A stretch of 30,078 bases of DNA from positions 1-30,078 of the IMG/VR virus record IMGVR_UViG_3300020431_000022; one strand, 5' to 3'. Position numbers and translations under genes: made by a program. Below the pieces are notes generated by a model. It saw only the letters and a list, made by a program, of their open reading frames with translations. It made no database searches and was not told where the DNA came from. Of this stretch, positions 26,833 to 30,078 are shown in pieces; within the stretch, counting starts at the first letter, position 1, and each line of letters starts with the position of its first letter. The stretch is from a virus (lineage: Duplodnaviria; Caudoviricetes).

Positions 26833-27323
26833 TTGCACAAAGTATCGTAGAACAAGCAGGAAAGAAAAGACGCAGTGGAGACTGGTATGTTAATGCGTTG
26901 GAACAAGCCTTAACATTAGTACAAGATCCAGATATAAGCGAGAGTGATACTGGTGGAGTTGCTGTAGGTGATCTCGTGTTCTTTCAATATGGTGCAAAAT
27001 ATCCAGAAAAATATGAGTTTTGGGACTTACAACCACTCTCATATGTTATAGAATTTTATCCTGATGGATTTTTAGGAGCAAATTTACACTATATAAATCC
27101 AGATTATAGAGATGCAGTTGCAAAAAGCTTGATAAATAGTAAAGGCGGTGTAACTGTACCCAAAAACTCCATACATAGATATTTGTTTTCTGGTATAGGT
27201 AGTTTACATAAAGTTCCAAAGAGTGAAAATTGGGGTGATATCGCACTTCTACCCACAGAAAAGTTTATCGATAGACGTGGTATGAAGTACCCTAAACATA
27301 GAGCATACTCTTGGAGTAACTAA
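26829..27323 (+). CDS. gp2: DNA end protector gp2
   Basis: GDLVFFQYGAK...WDLQPL...GFLGANLHY...IHRYL...LLPTEKF motifs; follows gp4 with ATGA overlap. Confidence 0.8.
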   Translation: MIAQSIVEQAGKKRRSGDWYVNALEQALTLVQDPDISESDTGGVAVGDLVFFQYGAKYPEKYEFWDLQPLSYVIEFYPDGFLGANLHYINPDYRDAVAKSLINSKGGVTVPKNSIHRYLFSGIGSLHKVPKSENWGDIALLPTEKFIDRRGMKYPKHRAYSWSN

Positions 27324-28921
27324 TGGCAGAACAAGTACTTCCAATTGATCCCCCAATTGTCCAAAAAGTAGATGGAGTGGATAGGGCATATAAAGTTGTA
27401 GCAACAGTAAGAAAAGTTGGAAGAGCAGGACAGGCTAAAAATAGAATTAGAAATGTACGAGTATATCCCGTTGATTCTGATGGAAACCGATTAAAAGGAG
27501 CTGTATCGTTATATACAGATGGTCTTTGGTCTAAGAATCAAATTACTAACCTTACGGACCAAGATCAAAACGATATTCATAAACGAATACAAGACCAGAC
27601 CAAAAAGTTTTCAAGAAATACAAACTCTACTCTCCCAGCATGGGCAAGAGTTTCGGGATCAAACCCAACTGATCCTGCGTCGGCAACATCAACAAAAACA
27701 GGATCAGCAAGTGGATTGACTGGCATATTAGAAGACAACGTAAACAAGGCTAAAGACTTTTCGGAAAAATCAACAAGAACACTTGGTCAATTTAATGAAT
27801 TCGCTACGGCTGTCCAAAAGGGTGGCATATTTGGACTAATAAGTAAAGACGGTATTGATAGTGGAAAATTTGATCTTAAATCAGATACAAGCATATTGAC
27901 TTCTTTTAATGGATATTTAAGATACCCAATTGATATGAATCCAAATCAAGATTCATTGAAAATAACTTGTTTTAGATACAGAACACCATATGGAGATTCT
28001 TTGAACAAGCAGGGTGGAGGTAGTCTTGGTAATATTAAAAGAAACACTCCATTTAGAGAAAGATTAGGGTCTATCGAATTACCTATGCCAGCACAAGGCA
28101 TAGTAGACTCCACTTCTGCTGCATGGGAAGTTGATTATATGAATGATATAACAATGTCGGCTGCTCAACACATTGGGAGTCAAATGGGTGGTTATATTGC
28201 AGGAGCTATTGGATCCCAAATACCAGGAATTGCTGGTAACATCATTGGTAACGCGACTAGATTTTCAGTGTATGGAAATTTGATGGCAGGAGCAAACAAG
28301 GATTCTGGATTAACAGGAATGCTGGGAGCAAATGTTCTTAGTATGTTGGGATCAAATTTAGGATTTGATATTGGCGCAGATCAAATCCTTTCTAGAGGCG
28401 GTGGAATTGTAAGTAATAGTAATGCAGAATTATTGTTTAGAGGAGTAAAACTGAGGAGATTTAACTTCGCATATAAGATGATTGCACGAAGTCAGATGGA
28501 AACTAAATCTATCACAATGTTAATCAGAGCATTTAAACAATGGGGAGCTCCAAGAAAATTGGGTATAGACAGTAAAGGTGGCGATGCTCAAGCTGGTAAT
28601 GCATCATGGTTTTTGGGAACTCCAAACGTATTTCAATTGTCATATATGACAACGGAAAATGGCAATCGTGCGGTAAATAGATTCGTACATAAGTTTAAAC
28701 CTTGTGCATTAACCAACTTTAATGTTAACTATTCATCAAATAATCAATGGATGGCTTATGAATCGGGTGCTCCTGTTACATATAGTTTAAACTTTGAATT
28801 CTCAGAACTTGAACCTGTATACAATACAGACTTTACACAAAATATTCCTGGAGGACGTGACGCTCTTGGAGACGATCTCGGGGATCTAATGCCCATCGGA
28901 ACATACGACGTAGGATACTAA
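27323..28921 (+). CDS. gp48: Baseplate tail tube cap gp48
   Basis: LRYPIDM, IELPMP, NSNAELLFRGVKLRRFNFAYKMIARS..E, FLGTPNVFQL, KFKPCALT, F.ELEPVY. Confidence 0.88.
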   Translation: MAEQVLPIDPPIVQKVDGVDRAYKVVATVRKVGRAGQAKNRIRNVRVYPVDSDGNRLKGAVSLYTDGLWSKNQITNLTDQDQNDIHKRIQDQTKKFSRNTNSTLPAWARVSGSNPTDPASATSTKTGSASGLTGILEDNVNKAKDFSEKSTRTLGQFNEFATAVQKGGIFGLISKDGIDSGKFDLKSDTSILTSFNGYLRYPIDMNPNQDSLKITCFRYRTPYGDSLNKQGGGSLGNIKRNTPFRERLGSIELPMPAQGIVDSTSAAWEVDYMNDITMSAAQHIGSQMGGYIAGAIGSQIPGIAGNIIGNATRFSVYGNLMAGANKDSGLTGMLGANVLSMLGSNLGFDIGADQILSRGGGIVSNSNAELLFRGVKLRRFNFAYKMIARSQMETKSITMLIRAFKQWGAPRKLGIDSKGGDAQAGNASWFLGTPNVFQLSYMTTENGNRAVNRFVHKFKPCALTNFNVNYSSNNQWMAYESGAPVTYSLNFEFSELEPVYNTDFTQNIPGGRDALGDDLGDLMPIGTYDVGY

Positions 28922-29682
28922 TGGCAAATTATTTTTCATATCTACCAAATATTAGATACTTATCTAGAGCTTTAGATAGAAATTCTATTGATGAAACTAC
29001 TGATGTAAAAAATCTTTTTAGAAGAGCTCGGGTACGAACTGATCAATCAAGTGTAGTATCTGGATTTGATGATTACTATATTCCTGGTAATTTACGTCCA
29101 GATCAACTATCTGAGAAAATTTATGAAAATCCCGATTATGATTGGGTTATCTTAATGGCAAATAATATTATTGATATTCGTAATGAATGGCCTATGGATG
29201 ATTTGACTTTCCAAAAATATTTACTTACAAAGTATAAAACACAATCGGAAATTGCATCTGTTCACCATTATGAAACTACTGAGCAATTGGATGACTTCTC
29301 AAGAGTTATTGTTCCTGCTGGATTAATAGTAGATTCTAATTTTGATATGTCATACCTGGAGAGAAATCCAGACAGACAAGTGGAAATTAGTTATAGTAAT
29401 ATAGGTTCTGGAATCCCCGAAGCTACTACAGTAGATTCTAATGGAACTGCAAGAGATGCTAACGGAACCGCTATTGAAAATCTTCGGGTTTCCCCAGTCA
29501 CTAACTATGAATTTGAAACCAATCTCAATGATTTCAAAAGAAATATTGTTCTTCCTAAGAGAGAATACATATCAACTTTTGTCTCTGATCTTGAGAGAAT
29601 AATGTCTTACGATTCAAAAGCTTCAGAAACTATTGATCGTAAGACAAAATCTGTATCCAATTCGAGATTTACTGGGAAATAA
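28921..29682 (+). CDS. gp53: Baseplate wedge subunit gp53
   Basis: YFSYLPNIRY, VKNLFRR, RPDQLSEKIY.NPDYDWVILMANNI...EWP, HHYET, VTNYEFE..LND.KRNI. Confidence 0.9.
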   Translation: MANYFSYLPNIRYLSRALDRNSIDETTDVKNLFRRARVRTDQSSVVSGFDDYYIPGNLRPDQLSEKIYENPDYDWVILMANNIIDIRNEWPMDDLTFQKYLLTKYKTQSEIASVHHYETTEQLDDFSRVIVPAGLIVDSNFDMSYLERNPDRQVEISYSNIGSGIPEATTVDSNGTARDANGTAIENLRVSPVTNYEFETNLNDFKRNIVLPKREYISTFVSDLERIMSYDSKASETIDRKTKSVSNSRFTGK

Positions 29683-30078
29683 AATTGTTTTCCTCTAACC
29701 ATTCACGAGTCATTGGAGTTGGTTCGTAGTCAGACCACATGGTTCCTGCAGCACAAGATTCAAGTGCTTTAAGAGTCATGCCTTCCGTTTTACCTGCCCA
29801 GGTTGCTTCTTTCTCCCAAGGGATAGCAGAGGGTTGTAATACATATGCTCTCCGTGCCATCTCTTGCCACATCTCAGGGACAGAATCCTCAGGCATAATG
29901 ATGGCAATCATACTGTTATCAATGGTGCCCGCCATGCAGTCTTGTGCAGCGTGCCATCCTTCATGACGCATTACACTCATCAATACATGAGGACGATGCA
30001 TGAATGTTTTATTCAGAAAGAAATTATTACTGACAGTATGATAGACACCACGATGTCCTACTGGAAAATATTTCTCGT
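29669..30078 (-). CDS. Zincin-like (HExxH) hypothetical protein, 5' partial
   Basis: Frame is open to the window edge (...EKYFPVGHRGVYHTVSNNFFLNKTFMHRPHVLMSVMRHEGWHAAQDC...). Contains HEGWH and a downstream EKEA. Confidence 0.72.
   Translation of the reverse strand, partial: EKYFPVGHRGVYHTVSNNFFLNKTFMHRPHVLMSVMRHEGWHAAQDCMAGTIDNSMIAIIMPEDSVPEMWQEMARRAYVLQPSAIPWEKEATWAGKTEGMTLKALESCAAGTMWSDYEPTPMTREWLEENNFISQ

Noticed and set aside
27131-27138. GATAAATA late-box-like sequence inside gp2
   Set aside because: Could be an internal promoter for gp48, but it lies ~185 nt upstream and such matches are frequent in AT-rich DNA; insufficient support.
1-30078. CRISPR array, diversity-generating retroelement, intron/intein or stop-codon recoding
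   Set aside because: No spaced direct repeats, reverse transcriptase, or intein/intron signatures seen; genes are intact under code 11 and no suppressor anticodon is present.

Overview
AT-rich segment of a T4-like marine cyanomyovirus (Synechococcus/Prochlorococcus phage). It holds the baseplate/tail-tube module: gp4-gp2-gp48-gp53 on +, divergent from gp54-gp26-gp51, a lysozyme-domain protein, an M23-peptidase protein, a hub protein, cp12 and gp5 on -. It also holds a 2414-aa tail fibre with an S74 chaperone, five 2OG-Fe(II) oxygenases and the C-terminus of a Gly-rich adhesin-like gene. The standout is a sigma70-driven RNA operon on - at about 11090-11940: tRNA-Thr, a two-piece permuted cyanobacterial-type tmRNA whose intervening segment is almost entirely a complete tRNA-Tyr gene, a small ORF whose stop codon lies inside tRNA-Asn, and a tRNA(CAT). 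A second candidate is a ~50-nt promoter-to-terminator sRNA (10082-10130) whose 5' end is near-complementary to the conserved motif of the host sRNA Yfr1. All calls come from reading the sequence by eye; no searches were run.
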